DNA of 64,000 bases from positions 510 through 64,509 of the forward strand of contig DATBMW010000092.1 in assembly GCA_036554645.1 (NCBI GenBank), read 5' to 3'. The notes below the pieces were generated by a model. It saw only the letters and a list, made by a program, of their open reading frames with translations, made no database searches and was not told where the DNA came from. The translations under genes were made by a program, and so were the position numbers. The stretch comes from Nitrososphaera sp. (GTDB lineage: Archaea > Thermoproteota > Nitrososphaeria > Nitrososphaerales > Nitrososphaeraceae). This document shows positions 1-10,233 of this stretch, piece after piece (within the stretch, counting starts at the first letter, position 1; every line of letters starts with the position of its first letter).

Positions 1-837
1 ATCGCGTCCTTCGCTGCCTGCCTGTCTGATGCTGCTATCGGCTGCGCTGATCGCCTTTTGCGCTGAATCATAGTCGCTGGCCGCGGCCAGCGCCGCGTCG
101 TTTGCATCGCCAGCGAGGCTCTCGGCGTCAGGAAATCTCTCATCATCTCGCGCCGCAATCGCACTTTGCAGGAGACTGTTTGCCGCCGTCAAGTTTATCC
201 CCGGATAGGTTTCTCCCGTTTCCTTTATCGTCGTCTCTGCGAGCCTGATCACGATATTTGCCTGCTCCTCCGTTCCGAGAACACCGATTACATAGACAAA
301 CCTGACGTTGCCCGGCTTGAACGTCAAAAGTTGAAGGTCGCCAACCTGCCTTATGGTGGGAAAGTTCTCTCCCGGATTGATTAATACGCTGTCAGGTGGA
401 AGTCTGACTGCCATTCCGATGGAACTAGAGTTGAGCGAAAAGATCCACCTGCCCTGCAGCTTGTCGACCAGATCCTGGGTCGAATAGCTGATCCGTGCAT
501 TGGAGACTCCGGGCGTTCTTATCACGATCTCGTTTGGGGCCTGTCCCGGATCATATTCGATGAGGTTGTCGTCATTGTCAACTACGATAAGGTTACTTGT
601 GCTGTTCTCCCCGTGGAGTCTCACTCTGATTTCTTCTGCAACCGGGTCTTCAAAGCTAATGTCATATTCTACGAGCGCGTCGCCGTCTGAGTAAAGCGCG
701 ATAAAGAGCGATTCCGAATCATAGCCCACTTCCTGGGAATACGAAGGCAACGCGGCCCCGGACGCGATGGTGAGGGAAATGAATATCCCCAAAAAGCAAA
801 ATCTGGTACCCGCCCTCCAAGGAAATGTAGATACCAT
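1..837 (-). CDS. Secreted/membrane protein, partial (runs off the window start); signal peptide, beta-rich domain, Ala-rich helical region
   Basis: Not in the ORF track. Own translation from ATG at 837: MVSTFPWRAGTRFCFLGIFISLTIASGAALPSYSQEVGYDSESLFIALYSDGDALVEYDI..., open in frame to position 1. Confidence 0.8.
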   Translation of the reverse strand, partial: MVSTFPWRAGTRFCFLGIFISLTIASGAALPSYSQEVGYDSESLFIALYSDGDALVEYDISFEDPVAEEIRVRLHGENSTSNLIVVDNDDNLIEYDPGQAPNEIVIRTPGVSNARISYSTQDLVDKLQGRWIFSLNSSSIGMAVRLPPDSVLINPGENFPTIRQVGDLQLLTFKPGNVRFVYVIGVLGTEEQANIVIRLAETTIKETGETYPGINLTAANSLLQSAIAARDDERFPDAESLAGDANDAALAAASDYDSAQKAISAADSSIRQAGSEGRD

Positions 838-897
838 GGGTATGACTGTTCCAATGTCAAAAGACCATGTAGAAATATTATAAGTCTTCTGAAGGAT

Positions 898-2598
898 CTA
901 GTTCTCTACTTCCGGGTAGAAAGTCCTAAAGTTCTTGTCCTTGTAGTCTTCTACCCACTTGAACTTGCGCTGGAGAGTCGCGGTATACACCTTGGTCCAG
1001 TCCAGGTCCACAAAATTAAGCCACGCCTTCATCACGCGCGGGTCAATATAGTTGCGAAGCGAAGTTCCGATGCTGTAGTCGCGTGTCTCCTGCTGCAGCT
1101 TCAACTGCACTTCGAGTTTTTCCAGGCGTTCTTTGAGTCGTTTTTCCTGCAGTTCCGTCTTCCACTTTCTGGCAGCTATATCCCTCTTCAGATTTGCGAT
1201 CGCTTCCTTCTTTTTCGCTACCGACTCTTCGAATTTTTCGATAGCTTTTTTTGCCGCGGGATTCTTTGGATCGACGCCCTTTTTGTGGTTGCACGTGATC
1301 GCTGCCTTTAGGTTGGCCATCCTGGCGACATAGATCTTTTGTGCTTCAGAAGAGCTGCTTTCTATCTTTGCAACAGAAAGCGCCTCCTGCACATCCTTGG
1401 TTGCGATGTAGGTCCTGAACACCTTGGCAGTAAGCCCGGGCATTATGGTCTGGAGAAACGCGTTGACCTTGCGAGAATTCATGCCGTCAAATATCTGATC
1501 TCCAGGTTTCTTGCCCTGCATGAATTTCTTCATGTTTTCATAGAGCGCCTTGGTATCGTCGGAATTTATCTCCAGGGTCTTTTGCCAGGGAACGCTGTCC
1601 TTGCCGAGAAAATTAAACTCGATCTGTTGCCTGCCGTTTGCTTGTGGGAACTTTATATGTTCGACACGAAGTGTGCTGGCACCAACGGTATCCGCTTCGT
1701 CAGGGTCCTTCTCGTCGCCCACTCTCATTGCCAGCCGGAAAATGAGATATGCTACTGCGGCAGTCTTGTCCGATCCCTTCATCATCTGCCTGATTATTTC
1801 GCGCTGGACCTTATCGAACTGCAGAGATAGTTTCTGTGCCTTGTCATACTTTGCCTTGTCATTGTCCTGACGCAGCGCAGACGAATCATGGAGCCAGACG
1901 TACTTGCGTTTGCCTGTCAGATTCTCCATCCAGGTGGCAAGCCATGTCGAAGAATGATCGTGGACTATTTCATGCCATGTCCCTTCCGGCACTGGAGCAT
2001 TCTCTCCCATGTTGAGCGTAACGTCCTGCGGCTTTACGCGAGGTTTCCACTTGCCGCGCATCGGATGCTGGCCCCTGCCCATGAAGAGGCCCGGTGGCTC
2101 CACGAGCCAGTTGGCGATATCCACTTCTGTCCCATCGAGCATCGCCTTGCCATACATGGCCTTCATGCGTTCTTTTTCGGCCTTTTTGGCCAGTGAAAGT
2201 TTCTTTTTTTCCTCCTTTGGAAGGTTGCGGATTCTTTCCTTGTCCTGTTCCTTGATCTTTTTTTCTTCATCAGCGAGGCGGTATGCACTTGAAAAATCAA
2301 TGTCTGTTATCTTGATGCCCCTGTACTTTTCCGGCAAGAGCTTGCGCAGGTCACCCATGAAATTCTCCTGAAATACGGGATCCTGGACATAGTGCGTGTC
2401 TTTCTTTTTTGCCCAGGAGTAAATCAGCTCTTCCTGATCTCTGTTCAGAGCCAGCTTTTCGCCTTTGATTGTAACAGTGATTCCCCTTGGCTGGTACTCT
2501 GGTGGAAAAGCGACTCCTTTGTGCTCCAGCGTCTTCCATCTCGCGCGACCTGTCGCGGCCGCGGCGGTAACCGCTTTTTCCAATTTTATTTGAATCAA
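898..2598 (-). CDS. DNA topoisomerase IB (eukaryote-like, thaumarchaeal)
   Basis: WKTLEHKGV, EPPGLFMGRGQHP, MRVG, FLGKDS, AKVFRTY, CNH and catalytic Tyr in SLRNYIDPR. Confidence 0.97.
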   Translation of the reverse strand: MIQIKLEKAVTAAAATGRARWKTLEHKGVAFPPEYQPRGITVTIKGEKLALNRDQEELIYSWAKKKDTHYVQDPVFQENFMGDLRKLLPEKYRGIKITDIDFSSAYRLADEEKKIKEQDKERIRNLPKEEKKKLSLAKKAEKERMKAMYGKAMLDGTEVDIANWLVEPPGLFMGRGQHPMRGKWKPRVKPQDVTLNMGENAPVPEGTWHEIVHDHSSTWLATWMENLTGKRKYVWLHDSSALRQDNDKAKYDKAQKLSLQFDKVQREIIRQMMKGSDKTAAVAYLIFRLAMRVGDEKDPDEADTVGASTLRVEHIKFPQANGRQQIEFNFLGKDSVPWQKTLEINSDDTKALYENMKKFMQGKKPGDQIFDGMNSRKVNAFLQTIMPGLTAKVFRTYIATKDVQEALSVAKIESSSSEAQKIYVARMANLKAAITCNHKKGVDPKNPAAKKAIEKFEESVAKKKEAIANLKRDIAARKWKTELQEKRLKERLEKLEVQLKLQQETRDYSIGTSLRNYIDPRVMKAWLNFVDLDWTKVYTATLQRKFKWVEDYKDKNFRTFYPEVEN

Positions 2599-2630
2599 AA
2601 CCGTCAGAAACTACTCTTAAACCTTACCGA

Positions 2631-5192
2631 TCACACAAGAGCGCGGTCTCCCCATACCTGATCTCCTATTTCGGTCCGCTCGCCGTCAACGATTCTGTTC
2701 ATGACTTCGACTGCCGCGGCCTTGTGAAGGTATTCGTTGTTGTTGCCGCAGCGGTACGAGTATGTACAGCGCGGGCAGCCGCTTTCGCTTGTGCAGGGAC
2801 ATTCAGCAAGTATTCGGAGGGCCCTGCCAAAGGCCTTGTCAAGCCTGTCATACAATGCCCTGCTAGCCCCGTTTCCCCCGATGCTCCCGTCATAGAGGAA
2901 TATGAGGCCAGACGATCCAAGTGAGATCCCACCAAGGTCCTGCGATGCTCCGCCAGTGATCATGGCACTGCCTTCTATCACGACGTGCTCGGACGCGTGG
3001 AAAGCGCTCATTTCCACGTACTGCCCGTCCTCTGCTTTTGAAATACTGTCTGCAGGCCGGGGAGCTCTGAAAACAAATCCCTTGGTAAGGAACTCGAATT
3101 CAAGTGGAGCTTCGAGCATCACCTTCCTGCCCTGAGAGACTTCCTGTCCGATCTCGATGTTTGCAAAGCCGAGCACCTGTTTTTTGATCTTGAGCGAGCA
3201 GTACGCCACCTCTATTCCAAATGCGGTCTTTTTCTCAAAAGTCTCTAGTATCGACGGCCATTCATCGGTCAGTGCTTTTGTGTAATACGGATAGTCAGAG
3301 GGTATTGGCGATAGCTCGGCATAAGGCTGGCTGTCATGCCCAAAGTGGAGCTCCCGCACCTTGTACCGCCTGCCGGCAAGAAAGTATATGGCAGATGGGT
3401 GCAGCTCTTCAAGGGCCTGGGGGAGAGCCCGGTCCCCGATTATTTTGTTGTTGAACTTGATGTCGACTCGGGTTCCGATCCCCCGTATGCTGTACTGTTT
3501 CAGGAAATTCATCGCCTCCTTTAGATTTGAAGCGAATCGTTCATTGACAGATTTGACAAGCCCCTTTGAAATCAGGGCCTGAATCGTATCCCAGAAAGGC
3601 TTTGACTCGCCAACTGCCAGGGGCCGGTCACATATCATGGCCAGGACCTGGTATTCGCGGACAAATGGGTTCGAGGGATCGGTATAGGCATATTCGCGAT
3701 CGGCGAGATAGTCCGACGGGTGCGTCTTGTAATACTGGCTTATCGGGTCGTTGCCAAGGGCAAGGAATGCATAGCCCCGCTGGCCCCTCCTGGCAGCCCT
3801 TCCTACGCGCTGCACCAGCCGGTTGACCGGCACGATGTTCGATATTATCGCGTCCACATCACCAATGTCTATCCCAAGCTCCAGAGTAGGGGTCGCGGAA
3901 ATGGCCGAGAGCCTGCCTGATTTGAACTGCTGCTCCACTTCCTTCCTGATAGCCGGCGCAAGCCCGGCCCTGTGGACCCTGATCCTTACTCCTTGCCGCG
4001 ATGCATAGAAGGCGGTCAGCTCGGATCCCAGGTGCGAGCTTGCAAAGGCAATCGTCCTGTGATCCCTTTTTGTCGTCTGCCTTAGCAGGTCAAGGGTCAG
4101 CGATCTGTAGGAACGGAGTGAGGGGAATATGATTGCCAGGTTAACCTTACCTCGTCTTCCCCTGCCCTCTACCACCTGAATCTCCCTGCCAAAAAGTGCG
4201 CGGCAAAAATCTCCGGCGTTGGGCAGGGTGGCCGAGGCAGCGACTATCTGGAGCCTTCCCGTGAATCTCTCGAGCCTCCGAATAATGTAGTGGGCATTGG
4301 CGCCAAAGACGCCCGTGTAGACATGGGCCTCGTCTACCACCAGGAATTTCGCACTTTTGAGCAGGCGCGAAAATACCGTTCGATGCATCAAATGGTAATG
4401 CAACACGTCAAGATTTGTGATAATGATGTCAGGGGGAGCAGCCAAGATGGAATTTCTATCCTTCTCCGGAGTGTCCCCGTCAAGCACTGATGCAAGTATT
4501 CCAAGCGGTTCTGCCAGCTCCCTGATCTTTGGAAGCTGGTCCCTTGCAAGCGCCTTGGTAGGATAAACAAAGATCGCAGATACCTTGCCGGCATGCCCCG
4601 GTCGAAGCGATCCAAACCGGGGCACCTGTTCAGCGATCCTCTGCAGAATGGGAATGCAGAAGGCTTCCGTCTTGCCCGATGCAGTTGGGGCAGTGATAAC
4701 GACATCACCTCCCTGCAAGATCTTTTTTATCGCTTCTTCCTGGAACCTGTAGAGCCGGTCAAACTTCTTCTGCAGGACTCCAACGATGGCTTCGTCAACT
4801 GGCAGGTCTTCAACTCTTGAGCCCGGATCCGGGGGCGGCTCCTCAATCACCCTGAAATCAACTACATAGTCCTGCTGCGAGTGCAAGACATCCTGAAGGA
4901 GCGAATCGCCAGTAGCTTCACCGGAGGAAAGAAATGAATCGATCTCGGCTGACGACCGTATTATCTTCTCGTGTTCCATGAGCAGTTTCAAGTCGTGGGA
5001 GTCCGCTATTCCCTTCCCGCTGTCGTAGCGGTCAAGGAAGTCAAGGTATGCATCATCCACACTGGATGCCTGCGGCACTATTGAACACAACGCGCACTTT
5101 GAACAGCGAAATATCAGCCTGCCATCAAAGATCCTTTCGACGCCAACCGCGTGTAGCAATGAACACCTAGGGCAGCGATAGTTGTTGGCCAC
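2631..5192 (-). CDS. DEAH-box helicase with C-terminal DUF1998 Zn-binding domain (Hrq1/MrfA/SftH-like)
   Basis: APTASGKT, YPTKALARDQ, DEAH, SAT, LELGIDIG, QRVGRAAR; C-terminal CPC-x5-CPRC. Confidence 0.93.
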   Translation of the reverse strand: MANNYRCPRCSLLHAVGVERIFDGRLIFRCSKCALCSIVPQASSVDDAYLDFLDRYDSGKGIADSHDLKLLMEHEKIIRSSAEIDSFLSSGEATGDSLLQDVLHSQQDYVVDFRVIEEPPPDPGSRVEDLPVDEAIVGVLQKKFDRLYRFQEEAIKKILQGGDVVITAPTASGKTEAFCIPILQRIAEQVPRFGSLRPGHAGKVSAIFVYPTKALARDQLPKIRELAEPLGILASVLDGDTPEKDRNSILAAPPDIIITNLDVLHYHLMHRTVFSRLLKSAKFLVVDEAHVYTGVFGANAHYIIRRLERFTGRLQIVAASATLPNAGDFCRALFGREIQVVEGRGRRGKVNLAIIFPSLRSYRSLTLDLLRQTTKRDHRTIAFASSHLGSELTAFYASRQGVRIRVHRAGLAPAIRKEVEQQFKSGRLSAISATPTLELGIDIGDVDAIISNIVPVNRLVQRVGRAARRGQRGYAFLALGNDPISQYYKTHPSDYLADREYAYTDPSNPFVREYQVLAMICDRPLAVGESKPFWDTIQALISKGLVKSVNERFASNLKEAMNFLKQYSIRGIGTRVDIKFNNKIIGDRALPQALEELHPSAIYFLAGRRYKVRELHFGHDSQPYAELSPIPSDYPYYTKALTDEWPSILETFEKKTAFGIEVAYCSLKIKKQVLGFANIEIGQEVSQGRKVMLEAPLEFEFLTKGFVFRAPRPADSISKAEDGQYVEMSAFHASEHVVIEGSAMITGGASQDLGGISLGSSGLIFLYDGSIGGNGASRALYDRLDKAFGRALRILAECPCTSESGCPRCTYSYRCGNNNEYLHKAAAVEVMNRIVDGERTEIGDQVWGDRALV

Positions 5193-5300
5193 CGTCGATC
5201 CCGGCTGCGCCTTTCACAATAAAATGCTTGCCGTCTATGGAAGACGAATAAAGGCCTGCTTCTTTATCTATAATAATGGCCAGACATCACCGGCATAAAG

Positions 5301-6002
5301 TTGTCGTCTGGCGGACTCGGGACCCGATACTGGGCCGAAGTTATCGATGTATTGCGTTCAATCATACCCGTCTATGACAAGGTAAACAGGGTAATTTCTC
5401 TCGGAAAGGATGAAACCTACAGGAAGCAAGGCATCCGCGGTCGCATACTGCCGGGCAATCTCGTGCTTGACGCAGGGTCCGGCTATGGCAACATGTCACG
5501 CGCAGCCATATCTGCGGCTGGGGAGATCAGCATAGTAATGTACGATCCCATTCCAGAAATGCTCGCAAACGCAAAGAATTACTTTCCGGGGACCGATGCA
5601 TCGCTATCGTCGGGAGTGTTTGAGTTCATGCCCTTTCGTGAAGGAGTTTTTGATGCAGTAATGTGCGGCTACTCGCTTCGAGACGCGATACGCCTGAGGC
5701 AGGCTATAGCAGAGATGCACAGGGTGCTCAGGGGAGGCGGGAGGCTGGTAATAGTGGACCTGGGCAAGCCTGACGGCTCATTTCAGCGAAAACTCGTCTC
5801 TGCTTATCTGAAGTACTTTCTGGGCATTTTCGCCTACCTGGTTGCAGGAAAGGCAGGGCTAAAGTTCAGGACGCTTTACGGGACGTACATGCGGTGGCCG
5901 AAAAATGCAGAGCTTGACGCGATGTTGAAAGAAAAATTTTCAAAAGTGGAATTTGAAAAAGGAATGATGGGTGGTGCCATCATCGTAGCCGCTTACAAGT
6001 AG
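5301..6002 (+). CDS. UbiE/MenG-family SAM-dependent methyltransferase
   Basis: YDKVNRVISLG, VLDAGSGYG, FDAV, EMHRVLRGGG. Confidence 0.85.
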   Translation: MSSGGLGTRYWAEVIDVLRSIIPVYDKVNRVISLGKDETYRKQGIRGRILPGNLVLDAGSGYGNMSRAAISAAGEISIVMYDPIPEMLANAKNYFPGTDASLSSGVFEFMPFREGVFDAVMCGYSLRDAIRLRQAIAEMHRVLRGGGRLVIVDLGKPDGSFQRKLVSAYLKYFLGIFAYLVAGKAGLKFRTLYGTYMRWPKNAELDAMLKEKFSKVEFEKGMMGGAIIVAAYK

Positions 6003-6008
6003 ATCACC

Positions 6009-7151
6009 ATGAATCGCGCCGTCCTGCTCGTATCTGCCTGCGCCGTGATGGTTGGCATTTCATACGGGATGCATTCACCTATAGTGCCAGTCTTTTCAAG
6101 GGACGAGCTTGCAGCAGATTATTCGCAGGTAGGCCTCATAGGAATGGTGAACTATCTCCCCTACATGTTTGCCCCGCTATTTGTCGGGCTGATGCTTGAC
6201 AGGATAAACAAGTCATACATACTTGCTGCCGGGATAGTGCTGAACACGTTTGCTATTTTCATGCTGTCAACTGCGCAGTCGGTTCCGGAAGTCATGCTGT
6301 TTCGCACGCTTGCCGGAGTCGCTCACGCGCTCTTCTGGCCATCGGCCGAAGTTCTCATTTCGACCAATTCAAACGCCGAGACGCGCATAAAGGGGATCGC
6401 GACCTTCACGGCCGCCTGGGTACTTGGCTTCATGGTCGGCCCGCTGATAGGCAAGCTGGTGCTTGATGCGTTTGACTACAGGATGCTGTTCCAGTTTTCC
6501 GCGATCGCAGTTGCCGCCGGCCTCGTGCCTGCCCTGTTACTGAGAAGGCACGGGCTGCCGGTCCAGCAGCCAGAAACAAAGCTTCAACCCGGCTCGCTGC
6601 TGCAGGTTGCCAGGGAAATGTCGTCGTATCCAACCCTGACCACCGTTCTTCTGTACTATGCTGTCACCTTCGGGGTAGTGCTAGCAATATACCCCGCATA
6701 CATGAGGGAGGCATCGCTATCGAACCAAGACATCGAGATACTGTTCTTTGTATTCGGGCTAGCAAGATTTGCGACGCTTTACTTTGTGCAAAAGATTTCA
6801 AGATTCGCAACGCTTGCCCTTGCTCTGGCCGTCGCGTCGACGGCGGCAGGGATGCTCATTTCGTTTACCTCCACGTCGTTCCTGTCCTTTGCCATTGCGC
6901 TGGCAATGATTGGTCTTGCAACCAGCATTTTCTACCCTGTCACGTTTAATCTCGTAACCCGCAACACCCCGCCAGGAAAGGTGGGCCAAAAGCTGGGCGT
7001 CTACGAAACCCTTTTTGGAGTCGGATGGACCGCGGGACCTATAGCTGTCGGGCTCTCGTCGGATGCATTTGGGTCGAGCGTCCCCTACCTGGCGCTGTTT
7101 CTCATTGGCAGCGCGCTGTCAGGCACGATAGCGCTTTTCAGAAGGAAATAG
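6009..7151 (+). CDS. MFS transporter
   Basis: About 12 hydrophobic helices; GLMLDRINK motif A-like; FRTLAG. Confidence 0.88.
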   Translation: MNRAVLLVSACAVMVGISYGMHSPIVPVFSRDELAADYSQVGLIGMVNYLPYMFAPLFVGLMLDRINKSYILAAGIVLNTFAIFMLSTAQSVPEVMLFRTLAGVAHALFWPSAEVLISTNSNAETRIKGIATFTAAWVLGFMVGPLIGKLVLDAFDYRMLFQFSAIAVAAGLVPALLLRRHGLPVQQPETKLQPGSLLQVAREMSSYPTLTTVLLYYAVTFGVVLAIYPAYMREASLSNQDIEILFFVFGLARFATLYFVQKISRFATLALALAVASTAAGMLISFTSTSFLSFAIALAMIGLATSIFYPVTFNLVTRNTPPGKVGQKLGVYETLFGVGWTAGPIAVGLSSDAFGSSVPYLALFLIGSALSGTIALFRRK

Positions 7152-7152
7152 A

Positions 7153-7782
7153 TCAGCGTAACACAGAGACTGCGCGTCCTTTTATTCTAATCCGCCCTTC
7201 GGCAACAAGCCTTACCGCCTCAGGATACAGCTCGTGTTCTTGCAGCAGGATTCTGTCAGACAGGCTTTCCTCCGTGTCGTCGTCCAGAACTGATACTGCC
7301 TTCTGCAGAATCACTGGACCCGAATCGACTCCTTCATCTACGAAATGAACGGTGCAGCCAGTGATCTTGGCGCCGTATTCGAGTGCCTGCCTCTGGGCGT
7401 GCAGACCCGGAAACGATGGAAGCAGGGCCGGATGAATGTTTAGTATTCGCATCCGAAACTCCCTGACAAATTCGGGGCTTATTATTCTCATAAAGCCAGC
7501 AAGGCAGACAAGGCCGGACTCTGGCACGACACCATGTCGTTTCAATGAATCGACCAGCTTGCGGTCATAGTCCCATCCCTTCAGGCCCTGAGCAGGAATT
7601 ACTTCTATCGGGACGCCATGCTTTTCGGAAGCCACCTTCAGGCCCGCCGCGTCAGGCTTGCTTGAAATCACAATACGCGGCTTTACATCTCTTATCCTTT
7701 CTGATTTGATGGCAGTAAGGATGGCGTCCATGTTGCTGCCTCTTCCAGAAATCAGGATGCCAAGGTTCAGCACGGCAGGCAA
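7153..7782 (-). CDS. purN: Phosphoribosylglycinamide formyltransferase
   Basis: LISGRGSN, LAGFMRI, NIHPALLPSFPG, GCTVHFVDEGVDSGP. Confidence 0.97.
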   Translation of the reverse strand: MPAVLNLGILISGRGSNMDAILTAIKSERIRDVKPRIVISSKPDAAGLKVASEKHGVPIEVIPAQGLKGWDYDRKLVDSLKRHGVVPESGLVCLAGFMRIISPEFVREFRMRILNIHPALLPSFPGLHAQRQALEYGAKITGCTVHFVDEGVDSGPVILQKAVSVLDDDTEESLSDRILLQEHELYPEAVRLVAEGRIRIKGRAVSVLR

Positions 7783-7914
7783 TAGTCAGCACCTATTCAT
7801 AAATGTCGCTGGTTCGCATTTGATCATGGCTTCGCTGCAGCGTCTCCCGATCGCAGACTCCTGGAATGGCTAAATGTTAAAATACGCACCGCAATCTAGG
7901 TCTGACAGCTCGGG

Positions 7915-8931
7915 ATGGCAGCGCTTGTTTCACTGGGTCAATCGGGAATATCAATCGAATACAACGGTGCCCGAATCCTGCTCGACCCGTCGCGTCTGGA
8001 GCAATGTGACTTTGCATTCGTGTCCCATGCCCACGTCGATCATCTCCATCGGGGTGGCAAGAAAACCGGGAACGGAACGCAGGTACTCGCGTCAAAGGAG
8101 ACTGCCGCTATAGCCAGGGCCAGAGGATACGAACTCGCAAATTCTATGCAAGATCAGGATGGCTTTAGTCTTGTCGATACCGGCCACATTCTGGGTTCCC
8201 GCGGACTATTGATTGAGGATCAGGTTTTCTACACTGGCGATATCTCTATTCGCGAGCGGGCATTCATGAAGCCGGCAAGGCTCCCTCGCGCAAAGACTCT
8301 GATAATAGAATCGACATTTGGCAGGCCGGAATACATCTTTCCCGCGCTTTCAGAGGTAACCCACAGAACAAACAGGATAATCTCCGAGATGTACGACCTC
8401 GGCATACCTGTCATACTTATGGGATACACGTTGGGTAAAGCTCAGCTTTTGACAAAGTTGTTTGGCCACTGGGATCCGATATACGTGCACGACTCTGTTG
8501 CCAGAATGAATTCTGTCTATTCAGATCTAGGAGTCGAGCTCAAAAATGCGATGAGTTACTCCGAGGCAGAAGAGCTTGGACTGCTCTCAAAAAGCAAGCC
8601 TTGGATAATGGTGGCGCCGCTGATGAATGCCAGGAACACTTTTGTCAGGGAAATGAAGGACAGGTATGGCGCAGTTACAATAGGTTTCACGGGCTGGGCT
8701 GTAGGCGCCCGCTACAAGTACATGGCAGGCCTTGACTATGTCATGCCGCTTTCTGACCACTGTGACTACGGGGAGCTGGTGGACGCGGTGAGGCAATGCC
8801 GGCCGGAAAAGGTCTACACTTTTCACGGCTTTGCAGCAGAATTTGCTAGGTCGCTTAACGAAATGGGCTACGACGCCGAACCGGTCAGAAAAGGAGGGAA
8901 GAGATCGCTTTCTCTCGACTCATTTCGATAA
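7915..8931 (+). CDS. Metallo-beta-lactamase/beta-CASP-type nuclease
   Basis: SHAHVDH, GHILGS, YTGD, ESTFG, YTLGKAQ, LSDHCD, TFHG. Confidence 0.88.
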   Translation: MAALVSLGQSGISIEYNGARILLDPSRLEQCDFAFVSHAHVDHLHRGGKKTGNGTQVLASKETAAIARARGYELANSMQDQDGFSLVDTGHILGSRGLLIEDQVFYTGDISIRERAFMKPARLPRAKTLIIESTFGRPEYIFPALSEVTHRTNRIISEMYDLGIPVILMGYTLGKAQLLTKLFGHWDPIYVHDSVARMNSVYSDLGVELKNAMSYSEAEELGLLSKSKPWIMVAPLMNARNTFVREMKDRYGAVTIGFTGWAVGARYKYMAGLDYVMPLSDHCDYGELVDAVRQCRPEKVYTFHGFAAEFARSLNEMGYDAEPVRKGGKRSLSLDSFR

Positions 8932-8947
8932 AGACGGCGCCGATAAC

Positions 8948-10033
8948 TTACTTGCGGTCCTGTTCACGGAAGTACGGAATTACTTTTGTTCCAAACATTT
9001 CGATGTTCTTGAAATAGCCGTCTCCCCAGAACCTTATGATAAAGTGGTTCGTCCCAGCCTTGATGAACCGGTCCAGCATCTGTATGACGTCATCAGGCTT
9101 GCCAACGCCTATCGCCGTCCTTGCCACGCTGTCAGGTATCTTCAGGGCTGCGGCCTTCATCTGTTCCATAAGCTCGGGCTTGTTCATGGCATATTCAGTA
9201 AAGTACCTGCGAAAGTCAAACTCGGAATCCTGGGGGATGTCATGCACCTTTAGCAGCTCGGGCTTGAAGAGGCTGACCTTCACGGCATTTTTCATCTTGT
9301 TCCATGCCTCCTCGCCATCGTCAGTGAAATAAATGTCCACGTCATTTGCGAACTGGAAATCATCAAGCTGTCTGCCGGCCTTCTTTGCGTGATCTTTGAT
9401 CACGTTTGCATGAGCCTTGAAAAGCTCGGGAGTGTAGCCAATGGGGATCCACCCGTCGCCATAAGTCGCACAGAGCTCCAGTGTCTTTGGGGCGCCTGCG
9501 GCGATGTAGACTGGCGGCCTCGGCTTTCTGATGCTCTTTGCCTGAAGGCAGGCGTTGACCAGTTTGTAGTACTCGCCGGTGTAATTTACAGTGTGATCCG
9601 GATCGGACTTGAACAGCCGCTCGATAACTTCAAGCTGCTCTTTGAATTTTGTTACGGGCTTGCTGAACTCGATCCCAAAATCCACCACGTTCTGCGCTTC
9701 GCCAGCGCCTATGCCCAGGATCCCCCTTCCATGGGTGATTCTGTCAAGGGTTATGGTGGACAGTGCAATGGCAGAAGGGTGCCTCCTGATGGCGTCCGTG
9801 ACGCACGTTCCAAGCTCGACATTCTTTGTGATGGCCCCTATTGCCGCCAGCAGGATCCAGGCGTCGTTGACTACTGCCTTTTTCCACTGGGGAACGTTGG
9901 AATGGTCCATGGCCCAGACGGAGTCATAGTCCAGCCTGTCGGCCATCTGGCAGCCCGTCATTATCTGGTTTTCATCGAGTCCAAGCCTAGCAACGTTGAG
10001 CCCCTGCGTAAAACCAAACTTTACTCTTTTCAA
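8948..10033 (-). CDS. LLM-class (luciferase-like) flavin/F420-dependent oxidoreductase
   Basis: YDSVWAMDH, ELGTCVT, GRGILGIGAG, PPVYIAA, YGDGW; GGAGG upstream of the TTG start. Confidence 0.9.
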   Translation of the reverse strand: MKRVKFGFTQGLNVARLGLDENQIMTGCQMADRLDYDSVWAMDHSNVPQWKKAVVNDAWILLAAIGAITKNVELGTCVTDAIRRHPSAIALSTITLDRITHGRGILGIGAGEAQNVVDFGIEFSKPVTKFKEQLEVIERLFKSDPDHTVNYTGEYYKLVNACLQAKSIRKPRPPVYIAAGAPKTLELCATYGDGWIPIGYTPELFKAHANVIKDHAKKAGRQLDDFQFANDVDIYFTDDGEEAWNKMKNAVKVSLFKPELLKVHDIPQDSEFDFRRYFTEYAMNKPELMEQMKAAALKIPDSVARTAIGVGKPDDVIQMLDRFIKAGTNHFIIRFWGDGYFKNIEMFGTKVIPYFREQDRK

Positions 10034-10076
10034 AACAACAATCCTCCAGAGAACGAGAGAAAGAGGTAGTTATTAT

Positions 10077-10097
10077 TCATTTGACTTTATCAAATGA
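10077..10097. promoter_or_regulatory. Perfect inverted repeat, candidate operator of the LLM gene
   Basis: TCATTTGA-CTTTA-TCAAATGA between a TATA-like element (10099-10110) and the start at 10033. Confidence 0.5.
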
Positions 10098-10233
10098 GGA
10101 TATATTTTAATCTTGAGCGCGCTGAAGATGGAAAATTCAGACCCTCGTCAGAAGACCTTGTCAATATATTATACTCAAACTGTCAAGAGCGGCTAAATCA
10201 CCATGTAAAATCGCAACCTCGCAACACGAGTCA

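Noticed and set aside
9389-10069. 226-aa + strand ORF
   Set aside because: Antisense shadow of the LLM oxidoreductase, with no motifs
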